A stretch of 64,000 nucleotides of DNA from Macrostomum lignano (GCA_002269645.1 NIVC01003339.1:1-64000), one strand, 5' to 3'; positions 50,361 through 62,723 are shown, numbered from the stretch's first letter. The notes: generated by a model from the letters alone, not told the origin. Numbers and translations are program-made.

Positions 50361-52410
50361 GTGAACTGGACGCCACCCTGTGGCCGGCTCTCTAGTGTGC
50401 TGACCTGCATCAATTGTAAACACTCTGCCATGGACTCTGCTGCCATGTCCAGACTGCTATGCAGCTCGTGAACCTCACGCTGCAGCTGTTTGACCTGCTG
50501 CCTGGCAGCCTCATCCAACTTCAGCTGCTTTCTACAAGTATATCCTTGGGCCTGGTGGCACAGCTCACTGATGATGATGGCCTGCTGCAAGGTGATCTGC
50601 TGCTGCTGCAAAATTTGCCGCCTTGACTTGGCCAGCTTTTTATTGGCCCTGCAAAGCTGCTCTGCCAAGGCCTTGTTGCGGCTGTGGGATCTGGCATAAT
50701 GCTCTGTATTGCTGTTGCTAGCGCCAGACTCTGGGATGTCATCAACACTGCCATCATTAGAATCCTCACCAGCACCACTGCTATCAGCACCATCACTATC
50801 AACACCAAAAAGCTGGGGTTGTAGGTCCTTTACTAACACATTTGGCAGCTCAAATATGGATTCAAGAAATTCTGTCTATTTGGACTGCTGCCCCACTTTG
50901 AGTTGCCTCTGGTGATCACGCTGTAGCACCTGGCTTTTCTTCTTGGCAATATCAAGGCTCCGCAGCAGGTCGTACTTCTGCTTGGTGCTCAGGGCACTGC
51001 AAGAGAGGCCCATGGCACGCATCGCGCGGGTTGCCTGCTCGTGTCCTTTCTCGCCCTTGGCCTTGGCTTTCTGGATGAATGCCAAAGCCTTGCCGGTGGT
51101 GATTAAGAGATATTTCTGTAGCACACAATCGCCATCAGCATCATTGATGCTTGCTTTGTGCTTTGCCTTTGGCATTGAAAAGCTAGCCATTTTTTAAATT
51201 TGGAAGCTGAAATATTTAAAATTGAAATTAGTCAATTTTAAACATTTCAATCAATGGGCAGACAATATATGTTTAGTGTCTAAAGACAATAAGCATTTAA
51301 TATAAAATATATGCTAACTTCAGTCTTCAGTTGCAGCTAATCAACAAGCAATAATATTGGGAAAAAATGAAAAGGAGTTTTTTTAATAAACCAAAGTACA
51401 CAAAAACATTTTTATATGTTTTTCACTAAAAAACAAATCAAACTTTATATATATTCATCAGTCTAAAAATTATAATCATTCAAAGTTAAAAAAATGTGCA
51501 ATTCTAAGATATGCTACCATGGTATCAAGTTCCAATAGCAAAAAGTCACAAAATTGGTGATTTTTTAACCTTTATCAATATATAGGTAAAAGAGTATAAA
51601 AACATACTTTTATATGTTGTGGAGTAAACAAATAAAAAAGATTTCAGAAAAAGCAATTAACTTTTAAATAGTAGCCATTTGAGATTTAAATTTTGCTCTT
51701 TTTTTGATGTGCATTTTCACTTTTAAAAACTTCAAATGCAAACCAAAAAAGATACATTAGAAAGAATAAAACAATTTGTTAATCTTATGTAGAACTGCTT
51801 GGTCTTTAAAATGATACCAGACTCAACATTGTATGTTGAATAGCAAAAAAGACATCACAACAAAAAGTGAAAAATTTTGTTTTTGTATGTCCAATGGCAA
51901 CAATCTATAATGTATTTTTCCTATCTAAAAAGCAGAATTTTTTGGGGACAAAAAATGCTATAACTTTTTTTATTATTCAACCAAATTTAATAAGTGAAGC
52001 CATTTTGTGATGCTGTTATTGTCCTCTATCAGATACATATCTGAAAAGAAATAAATTTTAAAGTTTCAAAATCTCACTGGAGTCCCTCATAATGATATCA
52101 TACTTTTTTATTTTGGTCAAGTAAGAAGAGTTTTTGTTGGAATTTTGTACATTGTCTTTAGTGTTATTATTAGCCATTCTTCCTCAAAAAGTCTAATTTT
52201 TCCAAGTTATAGATAACATAATGTTTGAATTGTGAAGTGGATTTTTGTACTTCATGTCATTTTTTAAATTTCTTCTAGATTATTTTGCATTACTGCTTTG
52301 CAAAATGCAATTTATAGTTTTATTGTCATTCTCCAAATATTAAGATACCATAAATTAAATTTTGATTCTTAGATAAATTTTAATATAATAAAATAGTCCT
52401 TAATATAGAT

Positions 52411-52640
52411 CATACACCCAGCCAATCCAGCTGCCAAGCTGGCATGGGGCCTAGCCAAGGTAAGTTGCAAAAATGCTCACATTATATGGCAAGGCATTTA
52501 GTCCTGATAATAGAGTCATAGTTACTTTTGCCATTTACCCAAAGTTATGTTAATTTTTTGCTTGTCTTTTAAAGTAAGTATATATCAAGGTTCCCATAAA
52601 TTTTTTACATTAAATAATTATTAATTAATTATTGCATGTC
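52411..52640 (-). mobile_element. Second, older copy of the 28S-bearing MITE family
   Basis: CATACA terminus at 52411, 28S-like block 52477-52540, shared flanks (aagcaaaa..ttaac..aactttgggtaaa; gcatttttgc.actt). Far end uncertain. Confidence 0.72.
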
Positions 52641-52759
52641 ATTTATCCAAGGCTTGCTTGCTAACTATTGAAAGTTGCACACAAACTACCAAAGCAAAAA
52701 AAACGTCTGCCATTGTCATTATAAACCAGAAGATTCAACAAAAAGCATCTGCAACAACA

Positions 52760-55541
52760 ATGCCAGCAACTGCTGCATCGAAACGGGCCAGCCGTAAGTC
52801 CAGCCCAGCAGCTGGCAAGCAGGCTGCTCAGCGATCGCGCAGTTCCAGCAAATCCCGATCGAAATCTGCCAGCCCGACTGCTAAACCTCGCCAGCGTAGC
52901 AGTTCGAAGACTCGAGCTGCTCCAGAGAAAAAGAGGACTCCGCAGCAAAAGCAGCAGAAGCAGCAACAGCCGAAGCCGCGCTCCCGGAGCTCATCGCGAT
53001 CTAGAAAGCCGGCCGCTTCTCCAGCTTCGAACACGTCCACACCGCAGTCAGCTGCTAAACAGCCTAAAAAGACTGCGGCTCGTCCGCCTACGCCAACTGT
53101 TGCTAGGCAACGCCGCTCATCCGCTAGAGCTGTGAATCACAGCCCCGGCTCGCCTTCATCGTCTCCAACAAAGTCTGCTGCGGCCGGCACTTCAACTGCT
53201 ACTAGAAGCGGTGGAGTATCGACTCCGACTTCTTCAACGACCGCCACCCGATCTGGACGGCGTGGCCGAGAATTTGGCGGCGCGATTGGCTCGGCTCTGA
53301 TGACTGTCGGCCTGCCAGTGTCGCTGGTGTGGCTGAGTCTGCTGTCCGATGGCAAGCTTACCTTTAGCCGGTCGAATCGATTTTTATTTGGCAGCACTGG
53401 TAGTCTGGCGCTGGCCGATTTGTTTAGCGTTCGTTCGGCTCTGATCTATGGAGGCTGGGTGCTGGCTCAGCTGGTGCTGTATAGCCTGCCTATTGGTGGA
53501 AAGTAAGTCAATAATGGGAAATATATTATCATATTGATAATAATAATTAATTACACCTGTATCAGTTGGGCCAGATGTGCAACCGACAGCTCAGCTGCTG
53601 AAGGCTGCGTACGGCTGTTCAGTCCAAGGACTGGGGGGTCGCCACACACACCCTCAATTACCCCAGCTAATGCTGGCACCCATTTTACAGCTGGGTAAAA
53701 CTGAAGTATTAAGTCTTGCTCAAGGACGCAAATTGTTTCAGTGAGATCGGGAATCGAACCCCCGACCTAAAAGCCCGACGCTCTAACTACTAATAAGCAA
53801 AATATACAAAATTTATTATGAAGTGATTCCAGACGACAAGTCAATCGTTAAAAAAAGTCGCAAGAGTCTTTAGCGCTTCTTAGTTATTGTATTATTTTCA
53901 ACAGGTATTATATTTAACCATCGCCTCTCTAGGTGGGTGCAACACGAGGGCGGCCTGTACCATTGCAACGGCCTGTTCGCCTTGATCGTATCCATGCTAG
54001 CTTTAGTTGGCGCTAATTGGTATGGCATCAAAGTTGGCAGCATCATCTGCTCTGAGTTGACTCGGCTAGCCGTATGCGCCAGCCTGTTCTCCCTGCTGCT
54101 ATCCATCGGTCTCTATGCGCGTTCGAGGCGCGTACCGAACTCGGCTCTGACTACCGAGGCTGCCTCCTCGATGAAATCTTCGGCTGCTAGCGGTCGGTGC
54201 ACCTTCATCTACGAATTCTTCATGGGCCGGGAGCTGCACCCGCGTCTGTTTGGCGGTCGGATTGATTTGAAATTCTTTCTGGAGATGCGCCCAGGATTGA
54301 TTGGCTGGGTACTGCTGGATATGGCTTTCATGTTCCAGGTCAAGGCTAACGGCGGCATTATCGGATTGCCATTCGCTACCCTCACTTTTATGCATCTGAT
54401 CTACGTAGCTGATGCGCTGTTCTTTGAGCGATCGATTCTGACTACTACCGATATTAAACGCGAAGGACTCGGTTATATGCTGGTGTTCGGCAATCTGGCT
54501 TGGGTGCCCTTCTTCTATAGTCTGAGCGCTAGGCAGCTGATTACTAATCAGCCTACCATGCCTGCTTACTGCGTTGTTGGTGTCCTGTTCATCAACCTAT
54601 TTGGTGAGTTCATTGTGTTTTTGCACTTTTTTGAGACTTGCCTGTAGAATTGAAGGTTTTCATCTGTTATTGAAGGTTTTCACCTGTTATTGAAGGTTGT
54701 CACCTGTTATTGAAGGGTTTCACCTGTTATTGAAGGGTTTCATCTGTTATTAAAAGGTTTCAGCTGTTATTGAAAGGTTTTACCTGTAATTCTAAGGTTT
54801 CACCTGTTATTAAATGTTTTCACCTGTTATTTAAGGTTTTCACCTGTTATTGAAGGGTTTCACCTGTTATTAAATGTTTTTACCTGTTATTAAAAGGTTT
54901 CATCTGTTATTGAAGGCTTTCACCTGTTGTAGTTGTTGGGTTTTTTTACCTGTTGTAGTTGTAGGAATTTCACCTATTGTAACTGTAGGGACTTCAACTG
55001 ATGTACTTGTAGGTTTTCAACTGTTGTAATTGAGGGTTTCACCTGTTGTAATTGAATTGTTTCACCTGTTGTAATTGTAGGGTTTTATAAACGTTTCATT
55101 TCTGCAGCCAGGCAAGTCAATTCAGATATATAGATAAACTTACTGCTCAACCTTTTGCACCTATCCGCAGGCTACTTCATCTTCCGCGCCTCCAACTACA
55201 TGAAAGACGAATTCCGGCGCGACCCGCACCAGCCCAGGTTTGCCAACTGTCGCACCGTGCCAACCGGTGTTCGCGGCCGTCACCTACTAGCCGCTGGCAG
55301 CTGGGCGCTGTGCCGTCATCCCAATTTTGTTGGCGACTTAGTGATGGCGTTTGCCTGGTCCCTGGCTGCCGGGTTTCACGCGCCGTTGGCTTGGCTGTAC
55401 CCAGCCTACCTGCTGGTGCTGCTGGTGCACCGAGCCAGGCGTGATGAGATTCACTGCTCGGCTAAGTACGGCCTAGCCTGGACTCGCTATTGTGAACTGG
55501 TGCCCAACCGGTTCCTGCCAAGATTCTATCAGCGGGCTTAG
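52760..55541 (+). CDS. LBR: Lamin B receptor-like / delta(14)-sterol reductase (ERG24 family); exons 52760-53502, 53933-54603, 55171-55541
   Basis: RS-rich basic N-terminus, EFGG..G, YEFFMGRELHPR, DLKFFLEMRPGLIGW, TTTDIKREGLGYMLVFGNLAWVPF, LCRHPNFVGDL, HRARRDE..CSAKYG..W..YCELVP; splice phases consistent. Confidence 0.92.
53545..53790 (-). mobile_element. SINE family A in LBR intron 1
   Basis: Matches 3305-3590. Confidence 0.87.
54655..55085. repeat. 20-bp minisatellite (ggttttcacctgttattgaa) in LBR intron 2
   Basis: Direct reading; degenerates toward the 3' end. Confidence 0.92.
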
Positions 55542-57890
55542 CCTAATTGGTTAATTCATTGGATTGATTTTCAACAAAAAACCAACTGAAGGACACGAGT
55601 TTTGTTTGCAACTTTTTTGTCACTTAATTTATCCAACTTTTGGAATTTTAATGCTTCTTTTTTAAACATGCTACTCACAGTAGCAAAGTTTGGGTCGTTT
55701 TTTTATAAAAAAAATCAAAAATACATTGTTTTGTCTAAATTATTTATCTTGTTAATCTCTTCTTATCACTAAATCCATGTGTGTGCGAGCATATGCAGCT
55801 TTTGCGCAAAAGGCAGTCATTTGTGTATAATAAATTATCTATATATAAACAATTGTTATTGTTGTCAATAATAGCTGATTCATTAACTTTGCGCATGCTT
55901 GCGTCCTTTGATATTTTGTTGTTTCTTTGTCATTGTTTTTAATTAATTACTATATATATTGATCTGCTACTTATAAGTAAGCAAGGTGCAGGCATTAACT
56001 TATTTTTTATTTTAGTCCTTTTTTATTCGACTTGAAATGTTCGATTTGGCAGCTAAGTCCCATTGTTTGCTTTTTTAATTTTAATTTTTTCTCTGTTATT
56101 TTTTCTAACCAATTCTTTTTTATCTTATTGGTCATTTTAACCTACCAAGTGTACTCACTGACTAAATCCCAAATCCCCGTCTGCCTTGAAGTTTTTTTTG
56201 TATTTTTTAAATGAGTTTGTTCATTAAATTTATTATATCATACTTTAATATTTATTGTATAATTGTTAACCTATAATTCACTTATCACTGTCTCTGACTA
56301 AGTCACTGAACTTGTATATATGCATTAATTTGTTTTAGCTAATTAATGACCTACTTATAGTAATATTGTAGCTTGTGCATAACAACCAGCATCATATCTA
56401 TTACTCTTAAACGTATAAATTTATCGTAGCCCTAAAATAATATCCGTAGTTTTGTACAGTTTTAAATGTTTAATTCGTTTCTATTTGTTTTGATATTAGT
56501 AACTTTTATTATAACAAAGGTGAAAGCATCCGCACATATATATATAAACCATTTTTTATAAATTGTAATTCGCTTTGTAGTTTCCCATCTATTCAACTCT
56601 GTTAATTGTGTGTGTTTTTTTTCAACTTTGCGGAAAATATAGGCCACTTACTGTTACTAAATTTAATTAATTCATTTTTAATTACTATTAGAAGTTTGTT
56701 AATTATATCCATCCAGTTGTACATAAATCAAGCTTTTTATTTACAACAGCAAAAAATAACTAAAATAATTAATTTAGCATTCAATTAGTCTTATATTGTA
56801 AGTGCGAAAAAATTCTCAGTGAGATCAAAAAGCAGGCGGCATTTTTATTGACTTAATTAATTTTTTTTTCTTTAAGCTGGCGGATTTATTTGTGCTCTTA
56901 CAATTAAAGTCTGGACCAGCGCAATACTCGTAGATATCAGTTATTTAGTTATGAGAGTGATTTATATAAGTTAGTTCGGCCCTACGGCGCATGTACCTTT
57001 AAACTGATACGACCAGCTCTTTCTTAGAAAGGTCTTAGAAATGATTAAAGATAAACACGAAAGCAATTGTTTTACCTTAAGGCTCAGCAAACTCCGGTCC
57101 TAGGGTCTTTTGATACTTTACAATAAAAATCAAAGTTTGTGTCTCTTTTTCTTCTCTCCTCTCCCCTCTCACCTCTCCTGTCTTTTCTACTTCATCTGAG
57201 CAGTCTACAAACTGCAAATGTTTTCATCTGGATACTTAAATTTAGAATACATGCACTTCCTCAAAGCAGTTGTGAAAAATGTTTAAATTAAAATTATCAG
57301 ACTTATAAAGCGTACACTACACTCAGCGACATTTAAAACCGAAACCCTACCGAAAAGAGGCGACACGTACGTCGCTTGCGGTTGAAGGTGAGAGGTAGAG
57401 AAGTAGAGTGTAGATTTTTTCGCGCCTAAAAAAGCTTGTTTCCGGTGCCTGATATTGAGCAGTCCCCGTCTCAAAACGTCTAGAATGACAGCAGATGGTT
57501 CATTCAAGCGCTTCTTTTCGATAGAAGCAGAAAATTTTGAATAAAAAAACAATTGCACGAAAGGAAAAACAAAAGCAGCTTGAAGCTCGATTATGCTTGA
57601 ATCAAAACAATATGCGACAGTGTTTGAAACTGCTCTGCTAGAACTCAAAAAGCGGCACAATGCGCTGTCAGTTTCGCAGCTCTGCGCCACCAGAGCATAT
57701 GCGGAGCGGCGCCCGCGCCCTCCCCATTTGGCAAATTTTGTTATTCATCCACATCGAAGGAGCTGAGGTGGCTGCAGTCTAAGTTGAACCTCAGCAACGA
57801 GAGCAGGATTAATTTTAATGCATGCAGAATTTAACTGCCGCCTGCCTGCCTCCCGAGCTTTCGCATCCGCAATATCGCACTGCAGCCAGC

Positions 57891-58701
57891 ATGGCAAACC
57901 AGCTTCATCGCTACTCCAGTCTCCGTTCTGCTTGCAGCGGCCTGTTTGGCCCAGCTGGTCTACTGCGAGAGCCTGCCGACCGGGCTCCTGGCACCGCTTG
58001 AGCAGCCCGCAGTGCCTGCCTGAGAATCTGACAGTCCGGGCGGCTCAAAATTCGAGAGGAATCATCGAGTGCCTCTACGAGGCTGGCTCGAGCGGCCTGC
58101 AGGTGGCCAGACACATCAGTGGATGTCGGAGAATGTGGAGTGGAGCAGCGAGGGAGGCAAGCTCGACGGAGTGTCGTCCAAGATGTGGCTGGAGAACGTG
58201 GAGTTCGCGAACTACCAGCTGCCATTCTCGTGGCTGGTCAGGCTCAAGCGGGAGATCAAGCAAGCAGCAATTCTTGACAGCCACGACTGCACCACCAAGA
58301 TCGATGGAGACACCTTCTGGGACGGCACACCGACTATCCAAGGCCTGTACCTCCACAGAGTCGCTTTGAGTTATTATACTTACAAAACTGCACCGGAAAC
58401 GAACTCGTTTGACCCGAATTCGTCGGCTCGTGGCTAAGAAACAGCTTCGTCGGCTCGTGGAAGTCAGCGTAACGTCGGCGTCTCTTTCAAGCCAAACATT
58501 TTTCTCCAACGGAGGCTTCGTGCCGCCAGAGCAGGTGAAGCTGTGTCAGGGCCATATTCTGAAGCAAGCAATCCCAACTGCACCTGTCTGTCACCCTCGG
58601 ATTTCAACATGGCGACTTGCGAATGCTGAAAGGCGGTGGCAGTCATGAATGACACAATGACCGAGGCTGAGATCCGCAACTTCTTCGGTCTGGTGCGCTG
58701 A
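57891..58701 (+). pseudogene. Disrupted intronless ORF for a secreted protein, possibly LamG/ConA-like
   Basis: Signal-peptide-like SVLLAAACLAQLVYCES plus coding-like segments in three frames; several frameshifts, a stop and a short duplication near 58420-58460. Confidence 0.35.
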
Positions 58702-58759
58702 ACTGCTGGTGAAACTGGATGAACCGACTCTGAACTATGAAGGCTATAGATTAAATCCC

Positions 58760-59279
58760 ATTGCTCTAACCCCATCATGCTTTAATCTAATTGCTTTAAT
58801 CTCAGTTGTTTTAGTGATTTAATCTCAGTTGCTTTAATCCCATTTGCTTTACTCCCAGTTGTTTTAATCCCAGTTGCTTTAATCCCAGTTGCTTTAATCC
58901 CAGATGCTTTAATCCCATTTGCTTTAATCCCATTTGCTTTAATCCCAGCTGTTTTAATCCCAGTTGCTTTAATCCCAGCTGCTTTAATCCCAGTTGCTTT
59001 AATCCCAGTTGCTTTAATCCCAGTTGCTTTAATCCCAGTTTCTTTATTCCCAGTTGCTTTAATCCCAGCTGCTTTAATACCAGTTGCTTTAATCCCAGCT
59101 GCTTTAATACCAGTTGATTTAATCCCGGTTTCTTTAATCCCAGTTGCTTTAATCCCAGTTGCTTTAATCCCGATTTCTTTAATCCCAGTTGCTTTAATTC
59201 CAGTGGCTTTAATCCCAGTTGTTTTAATGCTTTAATCTTAGTTGTTTTGATGCTTTTATATCAGTTGTTTTAATCCCAG
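58760..59279. repeat. 15-bp minisatellite (atcccagttgcttta), ~35 units; degenerate continuation 60474-60570
   Basis: Direct reading; split by the LTR. Confidence 0.93.
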
Positions 59280-60473
59280 TGTGATAAAATAGGCAATTAG
59301 ATAAATAGCATGCACGGTGAGCAATTACATGTATTTAGGCCCTAGACAAACCTACTTGGAGCGTCAGAGATTTTAAAGCTATTAATCCTAATCGCCTATC
59401 GCCGGTCGGCGAGTTCTACCAGTCTTCTCTAATAGCCGCAGGTACAGTACAAGAAAAGAAAGAACACGAGGGAACGCGAACCGAAAGATTTAGAGAGTGA
59501 TAATCCTATGTGATACGAGCTACAAACTGATAATTGGCTAGACGATTTAATTTGATTACTTCAAGTTACAAAATTCAAATTCAAAGCGGCGCAGATAACT
59601 AGAGTTGACAAAACGACGATAACGGTTAATAATAATAATTAGATTACGCAACTGGCAAGCAGATCTCAGCTGAGAAGAAGAGGAAGAACCGAACACGACC
59701 ACGGATAAGACTCCTAACCCCTGGCCTAAACCAGAACCTACACTCAAACGAGAGCCCTGCCGAATCGACCGTTCAACGGAGTACCGACAAAATTCTATCG
59801 GCACTGCCCTTCAGTGTAACACTGAGGCCCTCGGGGTCGAGGCCGCGTACTTGATCAGATCCGACAGTCTCTATCTAAACCGCGCTTGATAGCGACGACG
59901 TCAGACAAGGATGCCGAATCGTTACGCTACAAGACTGAAGCGGTCGGGCGGGGAACAAAACTATGGACCGGGGATGACGAATTCAGAACGCCTCAAAGCG
60001 CGAATCAAAGGGAAACAGGCCACCGGCCGGGAAGCTGGAACACAAACCAAGAACCGGGGAAAGAAGGGGGGTGAGATCCGATTGCCAAACTCACTTTCAT
60101 TTATAGTCAGAGTCACAACCCCTCAAAACTCCCCTCAAGCCGGGTGGTGGTCGTCTGGCCGGCCGCCCGCTAAGCCGACTTGCACTGTGCCCGCGGCGCC
60201 GGGTAGAACTGGAACTTGCCGCGTGCCAGGGTCCAGGCCGGTTCTGATTGGCTGGCCGCGCAAAGCTGGGGTTCGCAGACAAAAGCTCAACCCTCCGCTG
60301 AGTCACAAATGGCGTCTGACTTCTAACCTGTTTACGCAAAATAGATTCTAACTAACAAGAAAAAAGTACACCAAAACGCATGACTAAACTAAAGCAAAAT
60401 AACAATTCAATAACAATAATGCAAAACCTAACTAATAGAATACAAGGCTATCGCAAAAGATGCTCACACTACA
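59280..60473 (-). mobile_element. Solo LTR (Gypsy-like)
   Basis: TGT...ACA termini (TGTAGTG on the minus strand, same start as the 28.7-kb LTR), 4-bp TSD CCAG, minus-strand TATAAA near 60100. Confidence 0.72.
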
Positions 60474-60916
60474 CCAGTTGTTTAATGCTGTAATCCCAGT
60501 ACTCTCAGCTGTAACCACAGTTTCTTTAATCTAAGCTGCTTTGGATACCAGTGTGTTTAATATCCCAGCTAAATTCAGTAAGTCAGTCAGTAAGCCCGAC
60601 ACTCTGGTTGGTAGATCTAAACGCAAATTTGATTGAACTTTAAAACCTGACAACTTTGAAAATGACTTATTTTTAGGTTTTACCGAGCTGCAGTAGTAGG
60701 AAATGCGTCTTAAAATAATTTAACCAAGAATCAGTTCGAGTCTAGTCAGAGTGAGTGAAGTCAGAATGAATTTAACTTTATATTTTGGCTATTGCAGTTT
60801 CAAATCCTTCGTGTACATTTTTAAGAACTTTCAGTCTAAGTAGTGTGTTAGTGCAGATAATTTTCAGTGGCTAGTCGAATTTCATTCTGGTAATACGATG
60901 TACAGTACATGCTGTC

Positions 60917-62723
60917 CTAGTTTTCAGTTTCAACTTTAACCTCACATGTCGCCACACTGAGCCTCATTGACAATAGGTCGTTGCTGTCCTCACTAAACTG
61001 ATTCCTCAGCCAATCGACGTGCTCTTTCCGGTCCTGGCAGTACTGATGTAGCTTCTCCGAAATCTCCAAGTCCTCGTCACCGATTTCGTGCTCTATCCAC
61101 ATCGCCAGTCGGTTTTTGTTGCTTTTAGTCGGCGCACGTCCAACGTCGAGAACTTTAAAAGCGTGCTTGGCGCTGTACTTGGCATTCGGATCGGCTCTCT
61201 TGTTGGTTCGATCGTCAATAGCATTCAGCACTTTCTCTACATGGTCGCATAGTTCCTTCACTTCGTCCAACCTGTCAGAGTCATCGCAGTTGAATCTGAA
61301 CTCGTAGAATACGCAGCGACTTTTCAAGGAGACGCTGCTTACGATAGCGCTGCCGCTGTGACTAGTGCTGGCACCGTCGCTAGCTTGATGCGGATGCAGC
61401 GGAACGGCACTTGTATTGGCATGAACACTTCGTTGTTTAGGCTGGTTCACCTGTTTCTCCTTCATCAGAGCTGTTAGCTTGGAGTTGAGCATCGTCGCCG
61501 ATGTACGCTTCGTCGCGTCGCAGGTCAGTAAGTTGTTCAAGATCAGACGAATCGAGTCCAACACAGGCTTGTGAGCATCGTATTTGAACGGACTTTTACC
61601 GATGTCAATGCAGTGTTGATCTACACAGATCTGTCCTTTTGAGTCTTCCTGTGAGCTAAACGGCGTCATATACTTCGCAGCTCCTGCGGTGTCAGACGGA
61701 ATACAGCATCGCACATCACCACACCAAGGGAGAAGCAGTCGGATTTGTTGTTGTAGCACCTGCTGACAGCCTCTGGCACCCTCCACAGCTCGGTACCAAC
61801 TCCAGGCGTTAATTCATGGCCGCTGCAGTCGTCAGGCAGGTACCTACTGCAGTTAAAGTCGCACAGTTTGCAGTCGAGGCTGCCGTTGAACATCAGAATG
61901 TTTTCACTCTTCACGTCTCGGTGCAGCAGCTTGCTGCCGTGCATGTAGCTGAGAGCGTCCGACAGCGGTACCATCCAACGCAGGCAGTGGGCCAAGCTGT
62001 AGTGATCCTCTCTGCCAGTGCCCTCAATGTCCGTTGGAAATTGGCGCTTCTCAGTTTCGAAGTGCAGCAATTTGTACAAGCTCAACTCGCCGGCCTCCAT
62101 GATATACAAGCACTGGCTGGAGTGCATGCCAAAGGCTGAAACTATGTTAGCGTGGTTGCACGCTTTGAGAAGTCTGTACTCATTCAAACAGGCTTTGGCA
62201 GCGTTCCTAGGCATTAAGAATTTCTTAACTGCAACGTAAGGAGTTTCATTAATGCGAAGTGTAGGTAATGATTGGCCTACTTTAGTCCGATCGCTGCACA
62301 GTTTCACTTTGCACACATGTATTCGGCTAGTTTTGTACAGATCCTCGGCATCGTTGAAGTTCAGACAGTTCGTGTCTATGCACGTGCCAGATTCCTCTGT
62401 GTTGCAGGTCTGCGTTGACTCGCTAGACAGACTGTGCTGCAATCGAACTCGAACCTGCGTTTATCGGGAAATAATTATAGCTAAATAAATAGAGATATCA
62501 ATACATTCACTTTACCGAAATCCATTCAAGCAGATCATGATGTTATAAAAAAATACATTAAATGTACATGCACATGTATACATGTATATCTGAAGAACAA
62601 TATTTGCCATACTGTTAAGTTGCCCATGTAAAATTAACTTTGATGCATTGACGATTTAACTAACAAGTATCTCTCAGTTGTTTTAAGGCTTACCATTGCT
62701 TCAGATGACGTCGACATTTTCAT
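60917..62723 (-). pseudogene. TAK1/MAP3K7-like TKL kinase with unknown C-terminal domain; exon 62723-62694 plus 62454-60917; frameshift near 61620-61690
   Basis: VAVKK, HRDVKSEN, DFN, GTELWRVPE, KSDCFSLG in one frame; subdomain XI (LLTCDATKRTS) in another. YSLAHCLRW resembles TAK1. Confidence 0.72.

Larger units (their letters stand above)
47715..51190 (-). pseudogene. Dead hAT-like DDE transposase with C-terminal Tudor-like domain; AT-rich introns near 49.63-49.77 kb and 48.39-48.49 kb; interrupted by MITE 50064-50360
   Basis: After removing the MITE the frame is continuous: coiled coil, QFTNDVIATCI...LPSA...MTDTTSKQSCHY (first Asp region), SGMLRLIRTARKAF, CGCRALGLI..LLIRPLW, a SER.FA-like C-terminal motif, LVG*RIEMLF...W..GIVL. 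Several in-frame stops; region with the second Asp/CxxH not found. Confidence 0.6.
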
